64,000 bases of DNA, taken from contig CAWBHS010000060.1 in NCBI GenBank assembly GCA_963788655.1, positions 96,001-160,000 on the forward strand, given 5' to 3'. Below are positions 10,810 through 20,904 of this stretch, piece after piece. The translations under genes and the position numbers were made by a program. Under the pieces are notes generated by a model. It did no database searches. It was not told where the DNA came from and saw only the letters and a list, made by a program, of their open reading frames with translations. The DNA is from an uncultured Verrucomicrobiae bacterium. GTDB taxonomy: Bacteria; Verrucomicrobiota; Verrucomicrobiia; Limisphaerales; JAFGQR01. Each line of letters begins with the position of its first letter. The stretch's first letter is position 1.

Positions 10810-11010
10810 GCGTGAAGCGTGAAGCATGAAGGGATGAAGGGATGAAACGGCGGGACCATTGGCTGAATTCCACAGGTTTTAAAAGTGGGTTATCAGCGAC
10901 CGGGGGAAGACTCTTAGATTCGGCAGCGAATACCGTCACCGCACCGAATTTAGATGAACCCAACAGTCACCTCGTGAACCCCTTCACGCTTCACGCTTCA
11001 ACTCTTCAAC
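10810..11010. repeat. Inverted arrays of short tandem (7-8 bp) repeats flanking a ~130 bp spacer
   Basis: gcgtgaa gcgtgaa gcatgaa gggatgaa gggatgaa at ~10810-10847 and cccttcacgc ttcacgc ttcaac at ~10980-11010. Confidence 0.6.
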
Positions 11011-11072
11011 CACCCCATCCCCCCTCGACAAACCGCGCCAACCGCTCCTATGCTCCCGCTCATCGCCTGACC

Positions 11073-14000
11073 ATGAACACTGTTTCTCGATCATCGTGGA
11101 TGCCGATCCTGCTGGGCGGCGCAATCATTGCCTTCGGTTCGAACGTGGCCGCGCAGCCAAAGCCAACCAACAACGTGTGGCGCCTCGCCTGGTCGGATAA
11201 TTTCGCGCGCACCGAACTGGGCACCAATTGGTTCGTGCGCAGCGGAGAAGCCACCATTCGTGATGGCCGGTTGTATCTCAGCGGTGCCGGTGCCACCTTG
11301 CTGTCCGAACGCACTTTCGGACCCGACGTAAAAATGGAGTTCATCGCCGAGGCCAATCCGGACCTGCCGCCCTGCGATCTTTCCGCCACCCTGTGCGCCA
11401 ATCGGTTGTTTGGCTGGACTTACCTCTTTGCCTTCGGGGGCCGCAACAATCAGGTCAACCAACTATTGAGCGCCTCGCAGCGGGTGGTGGATCAACATCC
11501 ACCGTTCCTGATTGAGGCCGGTCGCAAATACCGGCTGACCGCCGTCAAGGAAGGGAAACGATTGTCGTATTTCGTCGATGGCCGAAAAATCCTCGAAGCA
11601 GTCGATGACGATCCGGTGGGTGGCCCCGGATTTGATCGCGCCGGCTTGGTGACTTGGAACGGAATGTGGGTGGACGAGGTGAACATCTACGAACGCGTTC
11701 CTCCGGCACCGGACGGACCGCGGATTCTGCGGACGCTGCCGGACGCCGGCTATCGCTGGCAGAATCGGAAGCTGACGTATTTCGGCTCATCGAACCAGCC
11801 GATCGCTCGCGCGATTGCGGCGTACAATTCCGAACGCTTTCGAAACGCGTTCGATCAACTTGCCAGCATCAAGCCACCCACACTCGCCTCGGTGGTTGGA
11901 TTGGCGTGGGTGTTGGGCGACCTGAACTATCAGGATCGGCCCGACGACCAAAGGCAACTGGCCGCTTTGGCGAACACCGTGGCGCAGGAACGATCGAACG
12001 ATCAACCGGCCAAAGACTTCGCCCTGGCCGCTGACTGGTTTGCCCGCGTCAGTCTCCGGAGCCGGGATCGCCGGGCCGTGACGCGACTGGTATCCATTGG
12101 CCCCGACCACAATCCATTCTATTACAAAGCTTCCTTGTTTCGCGCCCGTTACCACTACGCCTCGGCGCGGGAAGGCGCCGACCAACACCGTGTTCGCGAA
12201 GCCCTCGACCTGTTCGCCGAGTTGAAGGCGCTGTGGCCGGAGAGTCTGCCCTTGCGCGAATTTGCCGGCGAACGAGTGCTATGGCGCAATGATTTGATTT
12301 GGCCCGAATCAGCAGGACCGGCTTGGGCTCGGTATCTTCAGGAAGCCTTCGCGCGGCAACACGCGATCCTTGATTGGTGGTTCACTCAGCGTCAAGCGCC
12401 GGATGGTTCGTTGGGCGGCGGCTGGGGCGATGACGTGGAAATTCTGCGCTCGTGGGTTCCGGTCGCGTGCATCACCAGCGCGGGAACAACCGCCCTGAAC
12501 GGAATTGAAAAGCTGGCCGACGGGGTGTGGAAACACGACCTCAAGGACGGTTATGAGCCGGGCGTGGGCGACGTGGAACATAGCGCGGAACCGTCTGCCG
12601 ATACGTTGCCGACGATGCTCTTGCTGCGTTACGGCGATCCGCTATGGATCGAACGCAACCTGCGTTCCGCGCGGACCATTCGGGAGAAGTTCATGGCCAT
12701 GAACCAGCGGGGGCATCTGCAATTCATTTCCTCCGAGTTCGGTGCCGACGGCGTCAATACCCATCCACGCGCCGGTGGCGATACCGGTTACCACGCGCGG
12801 GCAATGAAGCATTTTCTCTGGCTCGCGTGGTGGGGAGTGCCCGAGGCGAGCAACACATTTCTCGAATGGTGCGACACATGGCGCGATGCCACCATGCGCC
12901 GGATTGGCAGCAAACCGCCTGGCTTCGCGCCCGCCAGTATCTTTTATCCTTCCGGGGGAATTGAACCGCCCATTGGCCGCCCGTGGTTTGATCCGGCGGC
13001 CAATTTCTACGGTTTTCCCGGCCTGCCCACGATGGTGCATGATGCCTTGCTGACCGCCAATTTCCTCAGTGGTGACCGGCGGTTCCTCGAACCGGTGCAG
13101 TCGATGCTCGACCAGGCAACCACCGGACCACTGCTCAGCTTCAACGACCAGTTGCCTCCCGATCACCCGGACAACTTGCGTTCGCACATCGTTCACGAAG
13201 CCACTCCGAACATCACGGCAGTATATCACTGGCTCACTGGTGAACGCGTATATGACGAATACACGTTGCGCCGATGCACCGCCCGGCAACGTTTCGAGGT
13301 CAACGGTGACCGCGTACAATACGAAGCGTCATTTCAAAGACTGGCGGAATCGATGCGTTACCGCTGGACTCAGCGCACCAGCGAAGTGCTCCAGACCGAT
13401 CGCGCTGGATTGGAAGGTGCGACCACAGTGCTGGAGGCTTACACCGGTGCCGTGCGGGATTTTCGCGACGCCAGCACGCCAAGCATGGCCGTTACGTGGA
13501 TCACGCCAGACCTAAACTTCGCCGCGCTGGTCACCGAGGCCACGCCGCAACGCCTGCGCGTGCGGCTTTACAATTTCAACGGGACGCCACAGCGGATGGC
13601 TCTGCGGCCGTGGCGACTTGAGTCCGGCGTCTATGTGTTTCATGCCGGCGAAGCGGTGTCCGCTGAAAGGCCCGGATTGGAACGTTATCTTTGGGGCGCG
13701 CCGAGTGATGTTGAACTGCGCCACCGTGCGGCGCCGCTTTGGTTCGAACTGCCGCCGCAAAAAGTTTGGGTGGTGGATATGCGATTGCGCCAATCCATCA
13801 CCAACTCCCCTGCCCTGCCCGATCTGGCCATTGCCGCGCGGGATGTTCGTCTCGAATCGAACCGTGTGTCCGTCACCGTTCACAATATTGGTGCGGCTGC
13901 GGCCAAAAACTTCTCGGTAGCAATCGAACAATCGACTGCGGGCAATTGGAGTCGGCTGGCCAAGACCACGGTGGATCGATTGGACTCGATCCATAACTTC

Positions 14001-14157
14001 CAACCTTCCACTCGGACGGTGACGTTCCCGATGCCGGACCGGCCAAATATCGAATGATCTGCGGGTGGTGGTGGATCCGGTGGAGAAAGTGACCGAACTC
14101 TGCGAGGAGAATAACCGCGTGGACGTCTTGGCGCCGATGGGTACAAGATCGCGTTAA
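11073..14157 (+). CDS. Large secreted modular protein (LamG/ConA-like N-terminus, helical core, C-terminal CARDB-like Ig domain); +1 frameshift at ~14040
   Basis: Signal peptide MNTVSRSSWMPILLGGAIIAFGSNVAA; LAWSDNFARTELGTNW; core DGSLGGGWGDDVE; CARDB-like LPDLAI...VTVHNIG continues in the shifted frame as LRVVVDPVEKVTELCEENN to TAA at 14157. Confidence 0.7.
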
Positions 14158-14167
14158 AATCGCGCCA

Positions 14168-14299
14168 GCGTTTGGAGTGCGTCCGGCTTGCCGGCGCTTT
14201 TCGGAGTGAGCGAGGCTGGCGAACACAACTGCGCTGAGTGAATCGTTACGCGCCCTCTACCCAATGAAAGCGGGAGCAAGCTCCGCGCACTCCAATCGC
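14168..14299. repeat. REP-like inverted pair (TTGGAGTGCG family)
   Basis: ttggagtgcgtccggcttgccggcgctttt ... aaagcgggagcaagctccgcgcactccaa; related perfect copy at 61583-61665. Confidence 0.7.
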
Positions 14300-14436
14300 T
14301 TCGCGACTTTGGCCGCTATTGGCAAGCTAATCATGCCACTTATCCAGTTCGATACGAACGCAACGAATCTCGATCCCGTCACTGTTCGTTTTCGTCATCG
14401 TTGGCATTTCGATCGCATCCAGCATCCTCGCCCCTC

Positions 14437-14943
14437 TCACATTCCCATCTTGCGAAGTTCAGTTTCGAGGGCCAGTTGAAACTCCTGCACGTCAGCGGCG
14501 GCCGGACGATACCCTTGCTGGCTGGGAATCATCCCCAACCGGCCCATTTGATCAAGATGCCATTGCGCCGATTGCCCGTCGCTGAAGGTCACGCGTCCGC
14601 TGACCACCGCACCCGGCCGCGTGATCTGATCCAGACTAACGGATACGCGTCCTGCCGCCGGCGACGCTCCGGGGGTTTCTTCGGCCCAATCCTCTGTCGA
14701 TTGGCCGGCTGGCGCTTCGGCGACGCCCGGTTGGGCCGTTCCTGGTTTCTGCGCCATTTCGGGAGGGTTCTCATGTTCCGTATCTTTCGGGATCAACTTG
14801 AGATCATCGATCAAGAAGCGCACCTCCATATACGTCAGGCGGACGCCAAAGTCGGTTTCCAGTTTCTTCTGCACGTCGGAAAGCTTTAAGCCCTGGGCGA
14901 GCCAGTCCGCCACCTGCCGTTTTTGTTCATCGGTCAAATTCAT
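14437..14943 (-). CDS. Hypothetical protein with a possible N-terminal HTH-like domain
   Basis: 168 aa ORF with ATG start; helical N-terminus (LTDEQKRQVADWLAQGLKLSDVQKKL), low-complexity linker and beta-rich C-domain. Confidence 0.75.
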   Translation of the reverse strand: MNLTDEQKRQVADWLAQGLKLSDVQKKLETDFGVRLTYMEVRFLIDDLKLIPKDTEHENPPEMAQKPGTAQPGVAEAPAGQSTEDWAEETPGASPAAGRVSVSLDQITRPGAVVSGRVTFSDGQSAQWHLDQMGRLGMIPSQQGYRPAAADVQEFQLALETELRKMGM

Positions 14944-15055
14944 ATTGTCCCTGTATTCGGCGGGATTGGCGCCCGCAATTCAACTGAAATTTTACTCAAA
15001 ACATTTCCATCTCCGCCTTTGACTATTGCCCTGACCGTGCTAGAAAATCAGTTTC

Positions 15056-16438
15056 ATGAAAACTTCCATCACCCGTCGTCAATTCATCCGCCGCACCTCC
15101 ACTGCCGTCCTGGCGGCGTCATCCTTCCCCACGCTGATTCCCGCTTCAGCCCTCGGCGCAAACGGCGCCACCGCGCCCAGTAATCGTGTAGTCGTTGGCG
15201 CCATCGGCGTCGGGCCGCAAGGCCGCGGTGACTTGGGTGGGTTCCTCGCGCAACCGGACGTGCAAGTCGTCGCACTGTGCGACGTGGCCCAGCGTAATCT
15301 CAACGCCGCACGCAATCAGGTGAACCAACGCTACCAAAACCAGGATTGCAAAACCTACGGCGACTTTCGCAAATTACTCGCCCGGTCCGACATCGACGCG
15401 GTGTTGATCGCCACGCCGGATCATTGGCACGTGCCGGTGGCCATTGCTGCCGCCAAGGCTGGCAAGGACATGTATTTGGAGAAACCGATGGGGCTCTCGA
15501 TTGCTGAAGACCAGATACTCCGCAAAGTCTGCCAACAAAAGAAACGCATCTTCCAATTCGGCACCCAACAGCGGTCCAGCCGCGAGTTCCGCCGGGCCTG
15601 CGAACTGGTCCGCAACGGCAAGATCGGCCGGTTGAAACAGATCGATGTCTGGTGCGCCGCCAGCCATCCCGGCGGCTCGACCAAACCCGCGCCTGTGCCC
15701 GATGGATTGAATTACGATTTCTGGCTCGGCCCTGCCTCCTACACGCCGTACACCGATGGCAAGGCCTTCGACAACTTTCCGCCCGGCACCTGGAAGACCT
15801 GGTGGTTCAATTACGATTACGCGTTGGGCTTCGTCGCGGGTTGGGGCGTTCACCCGCTCGACATCGCTTACTGGGGCCACCCGGCCATGATGAACGGACC
15901 ACTGGAAGTGGAAGGCAAAGGATTGATACCCACCGAAGGCGCCTGCAATACGTCGGTTGCGTGGGATGTGAACTTCAAGTTCGCCGACGGCGTACGCCTT
16001 TGGTATCGCGGCACGCCCAACGGTTGCGAACCCAATACCATGAATGACTTTAAAGAATGGCGAGCCAAGTTCGGCGACATTCGCGACCACGGCACCGCGT
16101 TTGAAGGCACGGACGGCTGGGTCCATGTCTATCGCGGTGGCTTGTTCACCAGCCCGGCCAAACTGGCCGAAGAGTCGCTTGGCCCGAATGACCAACCACT
16201 CCCGGTCAGCACCGGCCACCAGCGCAATTTCATCGAATCCGTTCGCAATCGCAAACCGGCCATCTGCCCGATTGAAGACGCCGTCATCGCCGACACCTTG
16301 TGCCACCTGAGCGACATCGCCACGCGTGTGGACCGCAAATTGACCTGGGATCCGAAGAAGGAAAAATTCCTCAAGGACGACGACGCCAATAAACGCCTCG
16401 AACTGCGCCCCATGCGAGAACCGTGGAAGTTGGGTTGA
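15056..16438 (+). CDS. Tat-exported Gfo/Idh/MocA family oxidoreductase
   Basis: Twin-arginine signal ITRRQFI; GAIGVGPQG; DAVLIATPDHWH; YLEKPMG; FQFGTQQRS; GWGVHPLDI. Confidence 0.92.
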   Translation: MKTSITRRQFIRRTSTAVLAASSFPTLIPASALGANGATAPSNRVVVGAIGVGPQGRGDLGGFLAQPDVQVVALCDVAQRNLNAARNQVNQRYQNQDCKTYGDFRKLLARSDIDAVLIATPDHWHVPVAIAAAKAGKDMYLEKPMGLSIAEDQILRKVCQQKKRIFQFGTQQRSSREFRRACELVRNGKIGRLKQIDVWCAASHPGGSTKPAPVPDGLNYDFWLGPASYTPYTDGKAFDNFPPGTWKTWWFNYDYALGFVAGWGVHPLDIAYWGHPAMMNGPLEVEGKGLIPTEGACNTSVAWDVNFKFADGVRLWYRGTPNGCEPNTMNDFKEWRAKFGDIRDHGTAFEGTDGWVHVYRGGLFTSPAKLAEESLGPNDQPLPVSTGHQRNFIESVRNRKPAICPIEDAVIADTLCHLSDIATRVDRKLTWDPKKEKFLKDDDANKRLELRPMREPWKLG

Positions 16439-16460
16439 AGCGAATGCGAAGAGCAAGCTC

Positions 16461-16530
16461 GTTGCAGCGGACGTGCGTCCGCTCACTTTTCCGGAATCCG
16501 AAAATAGAGCCGGCTCGCGTCGGCTGCTAC
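16461..16530. repeat. Degenerate GTAGCAGCCGAC-family REP doublet
   Basis: gttgcagcggacgtgcgtccgctc ... gagccggctcgcgtcggctgctac. Confidence 0.6.
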
Positions 16531-16639
16531 GGTGAGATGGATAAGGGTCCGTGTGGGCGGAATTTCTCGAGCAATACTCGAAATTTCGAGCGCCAATTCC
16601 CCGATTCGGTTCCTCCGACTACCGGCGTAGCCGCACCAC

Positions 16640-17250
16640 CCACCTCTTCTATGACGCCATCACTTTGGGCGACCCTCGGCAGTTCCAGTTTGAGTTCTGT
16701 TTGTGGACGTTGGGCATCATTCGAACCATGCTACAGCAGCAACAAGGTATCGAGTTGAGTAAGAGTGGCGTGAGTCGATTGCTGCGTCACTTAGGTCTTA
16801 GTCCTCAAGTCCCCAAGTATAAGAGCTACCGCCAAGATCCCAAGGCGTTGCGCCGCTACCTGCGCCGCACCTTTGTCGAATTTATCCAGAAGCTACGTGC
16901 CGATGCGGGGCGGCCGATCATTGTGATCGCCGACAACGCCAAGTATCATAAAGAAGGTCCGGTAAAACGCTATCTCAAGCCGACCCCTGAGGGAATCCAG
17001 GTGGCTCACTTGCCGACGTACTCGCCGGAACTAAATTCTGACGAGCAGGTGTGGAATCACTTGAAGCGCCGCCTTGGGAAGCTATTTTTAGAATCCAAAG
17101 AACACTTGAAGGATGAGGTGCGAAAAACCATGTCATCGATTCAACGGTCACTCAGCCTAATTCTTTCGTTCTTCGAGTTAGAAGATACTCGCTACGCTGC
17201 TGAGGCACAATAGATGCAATTACTTACGCAACGTGCTATAGGTCGGCCCA
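16640..17250 (+). pseudogene. IS630-family transposase remnant, 5'-truncated with an internal in-frame deletion
   Basis: Winged-HTH segment (LWTLGIIR...LSKSGVSRLLRHLGLSPQVP) joined directly to the DDE_3 C-half (IVIADNAKYHK, LPTYSPELNSDEQVWNHLK); the first catalytic Asp segment is missing; a TA-ending putative right end follows the stop. Confidence 0.8.
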
Positions 17251-17651
17251 CAAAGAACGTGGAGAAGGGATTGGTTCAGTCGCATTCTCGGGCGCACCAC
17301 CAATCCCACGGGCCGCGCGGCCCCAAAGCGCCGAAGCTCAAGAAGGCAACCCCGACGCCAACCAATAAGGCAACGTCACCGCGTACCCTGGAGTGCAGCC
17401 ACGATGATGCCCGCCCTCGAAGCCGTCTGCCCGGCACCAAAGAACCATTGTTCGGTTTGGTGCAGCAACATCGGTGAACGCAACGACTGCGGCTGCGTGG
17501 GCGGATGCGCGGCCTGTCTCCGCCGGATTCAGGGCGCGAAACGGAATGAAGCGGAGCCACCGGAACGCGGGCGAGTTGGGAACGTGGGCGAGGTCGCGGA
17601 TGGCGGCGAAGCGGAGTGGAGTGCTGCGCTCGGAACCGGACGGAGTCAGGC

Positions 17652-17776
17652 GTAGGTCGCGGCGGCAGTCTGCGGATAAATCGCGTAAGCCAGACAAGCA
17701 GGAGCGAGGATAGGTTGGCGGTGCGCTGGCAACCGGAGCGATTTGGTCCGCAGTCTGCCGCCATCCTGTTGAAACG
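17652..17776. repeat. Imperfect ~100 bp hairpin with attC-like geometry
   Basis: ggcggcagtctgcgga-taaatcgc ... gcgatttgg-tccgcagtctgccgcc followed by atcct-GTT; the left AAC core is not intact. Confidence 0.4.
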
Positions 17777-17871
17777 TAATGTAACCAGGGAAGGTGGCGC
17801 AACAGATCGTGGCACATAGCGCCATTAACAGAGATTCGTGGATGTTCCGTAAGCAGCTCCTGCTGACGAAA

Positions 17872-18303
17872 TCAAGAGGTTGGCGCACTGGTAAACGAAG
17901 CGTCCTCCAAATTCCACACGTTGGCGGGCCAATCGATGGCAAGACGCATTTTCAACAGGGCACAGCGACCAATGAGAATGTTCCGGCGCGGAGCGGTGAT
18001 GGCTTTGGTCAGGACTTCCCAGCCGGATGAAAACGCCAAGCGCAAATAATATACTTCCAACTCGCGCGGCGGCTCTTCTTTTCGATAGGTCCACACCAGG
18101 ACTCTCTGGCGCACTTGGTCGAGGTGCAATTCGGCGCCAAGTTCAACCGGAATCACGCTGAGGTCAGCTCCGGTGTCGATGACTCCCTCCCATCGGCGCG
18201 GATGCGCCCGCCCGTCCAACCCACTGACAATCAGGTCGGCGATAACCGGGGCCGGGTATTCGGTCTGTCGGCCACCCACCGCGCGGCTGAGGTTTATTTG
18301 CAC
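17872..18303 (-). CDS. Retropepsin-like (clan AA) aspartyl protease
   Basis: Catalytic motif GVIDTGADLSVIP and C-terminal NILIGR motif; 143 aa single domain. Confidence 0.85.
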   Translation of the reverse strand: MQINLSRAVGGRQTEYPAPVIADLIVSGLDGRAHPRRWEGVIDTGADLSVIPVELGAELHLDQVRQRVLVWTYRKEEPPRELEVYYLRLAFSSGWEVLTKAITAPRRNILIGRCALLKMRLAIDWPANVWNLEDASFTSAPTS

Positions 18304-18313
18304 CTGCGGACCC

Positions 18314-18778
18314 TCACTTGGAAAACTTAAACTCCGGCGTATCTATATGGATCTCGTCCACTCCGTTGTCCGTGACCTTTTGGATGAGCACACGGTGACC
18401 CTGGCCGGAAACCCGTTGGGCGAGGGCAAATTCATCCGCGTCGCGATCCACAATCCGTCCGTTGGAAATGGCAACGAACCGGCCACGGTCAGTTTGGAGC
18501 AACTCCGGTAAAGTCTGGCGGAAAACTTCCAAGTCAAAATCCGTGTGCGCCATCTCGTTTTCCGATTCAGTCGGCACTCGGGCTCCTCGCTCTTCCAGGA
18601 ACGTGACGGTCTGGGAACCGTCCAGGTGCAACAATTGCCCCACTTGAGTGCGGGAGAGCTTGCCCACGCGATAAAACTCGGCGGCAATAGTCTCCAGAAT
18701 TCGGCGGGGGATTTCTCCCGGGGTGGTGGCCACCTGCTGGGCAACGTCGTCTGGCAATTCAAGCGTCACTTCGACCAT
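18314..18778 (-). CDS. UPF0175-like domain fused to a DUF5678-like domain
   Basis: N-half VTLELPDD...ETIAAEFYRVGKLSRTQVGQLLHL...FLEERG (UPF0175 pattern); C-half FRQTLPELLQTDRGRFVAISNGRIVDRDADEFALAQRV (DUF5678 pattern). Confidence 0.7.
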   Translation of the reverse strand: MVEVTLELPDDVAQQVATTPGEIPRRILETIAAEFYRVGKLSRTQVGQLLHLDGSQTVTFLEERGARVPTESENEMAHTDFDLEVFRQTLPELLQTDRGRFVAISNGRIVDRDADEFALAQRVSGQGHRVLIQKVTDNGVDEIHIDTPEFKFSK

Positions 18779-19054
18779 AATCGTTCCTGCATCAACCAAA
18801 GCACGTTCTCCTGCTGTTTCCAAGCTACTTTAGCACAATAGGGACGGCTTCGGCAACGAACATTACCGCCCGTGCTGCGCCGCCCGGAATCCTCGTCCAA
18901 CCAATGCAAGAACTTCGTGCGGCAGCAAATAGCAGGCAACTTGAATCGCGTTCTCGAAAGCCTGGAATGGGGCTGCGTTCGCTCTCGAAGGCGGTGATCG
19001 CGGCGGGTAAGCAAATGAACGTGCTGGTTGCGGCAACAACGAACCGCGGCCCAT

Positions 19055-19161
19055 GAAGCGGGCGTGACCTAGTCACGCTCCCTTTCAGGCACGGGCATGC
19101 CCTTCAAAGAACGCTTTCGGACACGCCCGAGTGGGCGTGTCTTCCAGCGCCGTCTTTGAAG
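19055..19161. repeat. REP-like hairpins
   Basis: gggcgtgac-cta-gtcacgctc and cttcaaaga...gacacgccc-gagt-gggcgtgtc...tctttgaag. Confidence 0.55.
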
Positions 19162-19314
19162 TCGAAATTTGCCCGTTTCGAAAGGGACAGCAGCCGAAGC
19201 TACGCGAAATTAAAATGTTTTTGTCTTTAAATCATTCTTCGTTATCTGACGGGCGGAGCGTAGCGCAGGTGGGGCGGCAGTTTCAATGGGTTTTCCACTG
19301 GCGCCAGAATTCGA

Positions 19315-19410
19315 CTCCTCTCCCCGCCCTCCCCTCGTTCGCGGAGAAGAGGGAGATCAATCTCGTTGGGCGCTTTACCCAGGGCAGCGCTACGCTTGCC
19401 CTGGGCTATC
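19315..19410. repeat. Two adjacent REP-like palindromes
   Basis: ctcctctccccgccctcccc...ggagaagagggag and acccagggcagcgctacgcttgccctgggc. Confidence 0.5.
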
Positions 19411-19595
19411 ATCTCCCGCTCCGATGGCGCTTCAGTGTGCGCCGCTGGCGAAGCAAACTTAGCGACGGGCTTGTCCGAGCTGGTTTTCTATTTACGGCAA
19501 TAAACTTCCCGTCACGAAAGAAATTCGCTACGGTCGTGGTCATGCCATCTCACGCTCGGAACGTTTGGATGCTAAGCCGCATGTATGCAGCGACT

Positions 19596-19746
19596 GTGGC
19601 TGCGTTCGTGAGAACGCGGCTGACTTCAAAGGGAAATTCTGCGCCAACGGCAGCGTCCCACCGGTCACTGGAGAGTGACGGGATTGCCTTCGCCTGGAGC
19701 AGGCGTTTCACGCGCCAGTCTGCCGCGTTTTCACGAACGCAGCTAC
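19596..19746. repeat. REP-like inverted pair (GTAGCTGCGTTCGTGAG family)
   Basis: gtggctgcgttcgtgagaacgcggc (19596-19620) / gccgcgttttcacgaacgcagctac (19722-19746), 2 mismatches in 25 bp. Confidence 0.7.
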
Positions 19747-20904
19747 TTCACTGAATCGTTCCAGCGAAGACGCACGTTGGTGCCCATCGCCCTCCTGTTG
19801 TTGGCGCCGTTGGTCGCTCATTCAGCCGTCAGTCTGAAGCTGAACGCACCGCTGGATTACCAGGTTGTTCAGCGCAGCTCTGCCGGCAAAGGCACACTAA
19901 AAATTGCTGGCGAGGTTCTTCCGTCGAGCACAAACGTCACCGCGCTTGAAGTCAATATTCAGTCCGCAAACCCCAGCGAGTGGCGAAAGCTCGCGGCGCA
20001 GTTCGATGGCGGCATGTTTTCCGGCGAAACAGAAGCGCCGGCGGGAGGCTGGTATCGCGTGGCGGTGCGGGTTCTGAGCGGCGACACGGTGCTGGCGGAA
20101 AGTTCCGTGGAGCATGTCGGCGTGGGCGAGGTGTTCGTGGTGGCCGGCCAGTCGAACGCGGCCAATCACGGCGCGGAGAAGCAGACGACGAAGACGGGGC
20201 TTGCGGCCGCCTTCGATGGCCGCGCCTGGCGGTTGGCGAACGATCCGCAGCCGGGCGCGAGTGGCACGGGTGGCAGTTTTCTGCCTCCGTTTGGCGATGC
20301 CATCGCGGAGCGGTTCGATGTGCCGGTGGGTTTCATCGCCTGTGGCATCGGCGCAACCAGCGTGCGCGAGTGGCTGCCGAAGGGAACGGTGTTTCCAAAT
20401 CCCCCGACCATTGAGAGTCGCGTGGCGAAGCGGCCGGGCGGCGAGTGGGAGAGCAAGGGCGAGGCGTTTGCGATGTTTACCAGGCGCATGAAGCAACTTG
20501 GTCCGCGTGGCTTTCGGGCCGTCCTGTGGCATCAAGGCGAGAGTGACGCCAATCAGCAAGACACGACCCGCACACTCCCGGGTCGGCTGTACCGCGCATA
20601 TTTGGAACAAGTCGTCCGCGAGTCACGTCGCGTGATCGGCTGGGACGCGCCTTGGTTTGTCGCGCAAGTCAGTTATCACGTGCCGGGTGACGAATCTTCG
20701 CCGGACATCCGCGCCGCGCAGGCGTCGTTGTGGAAAGACGGCGTCGCGCTGGAAGGTCCGGACAGTGATGCCCTCAAGGGGGAATTCCGCGACACGGGCG
20801 GTAAAGGTGTTCACTTCAGCGGCCCCGGATTGCGCGAACACGCCGCCCGCTGGGTCGAGAAAGTCGCTCCCTGGCTCGAACAGCAATTGAAACAAAGCCC
20901 ATGA
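19675..20904 (+). CDS. SASA (sialate O-acetylesterase/DUF303) family carbohydrate esterase; start uncertain (GTG 19675 or TTG/GTG 19777-19780)
   Basis: VGEVFVVAGQSNA, AVLWHQGESDA and GVHFS motifs; hydrophobic signal segment. Confidence 0.85.
   Translation: MTGLPSPGAGVSRASLPRFHERSYFTESFQRRRTLVPIALLLLAPLVAHSAVSLKLNAPLDYQVVQRSSAGKGTLKIAGEVLPSSTNVTALEVNIQSANPSEWRKLAAQFDGGMFSGETEAPAGGWYRVAVRVLSGDTVLAESSVEHVGVGEVFVVAGQSNAANHGAEKQTTKTGLAAAFDGRAWRLANDPQPGASGTGGSFLPPFGDAIAERFDVPVGFIACGIGATSVREWLPKGTVFPNPPTIESRVAKRPGGEWESKGEAFAMFTRRMKQLGPRGFRAVLWHQGESDANQQDTTRTLPGRLYRAYLEQVVRESRRVIGWDAPWFVAQVSYHVPGDESSPDIRAAQASLWKDGVALEGPDSDALKGEFRDTGGKGVHFSGPGLREHAARWVEKVAPWLEQQLKQSP

Noticed and set aside
10842..11072. 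N-terminal extensions given by the ORF track (also 45215-45403, 52878-53129, 54727-55026)
   Set aside because: The extensions run through repeats or neighbouring genes; downstream ATGs give proper signal peptides or family N-termini.
17214..17819. ORFs 17214-17477, 17276-17815 and 17338-17817 as genes
   Set aside because: Low-complexity Arg/Pro-rich translations crossing hairpins, with no convincing start or family motif.
19131..19754. 207 aa ORF upstream of the esterase
   Set aside because: It is composed largely of REP-like palindromes and shows no protein-like motifs.
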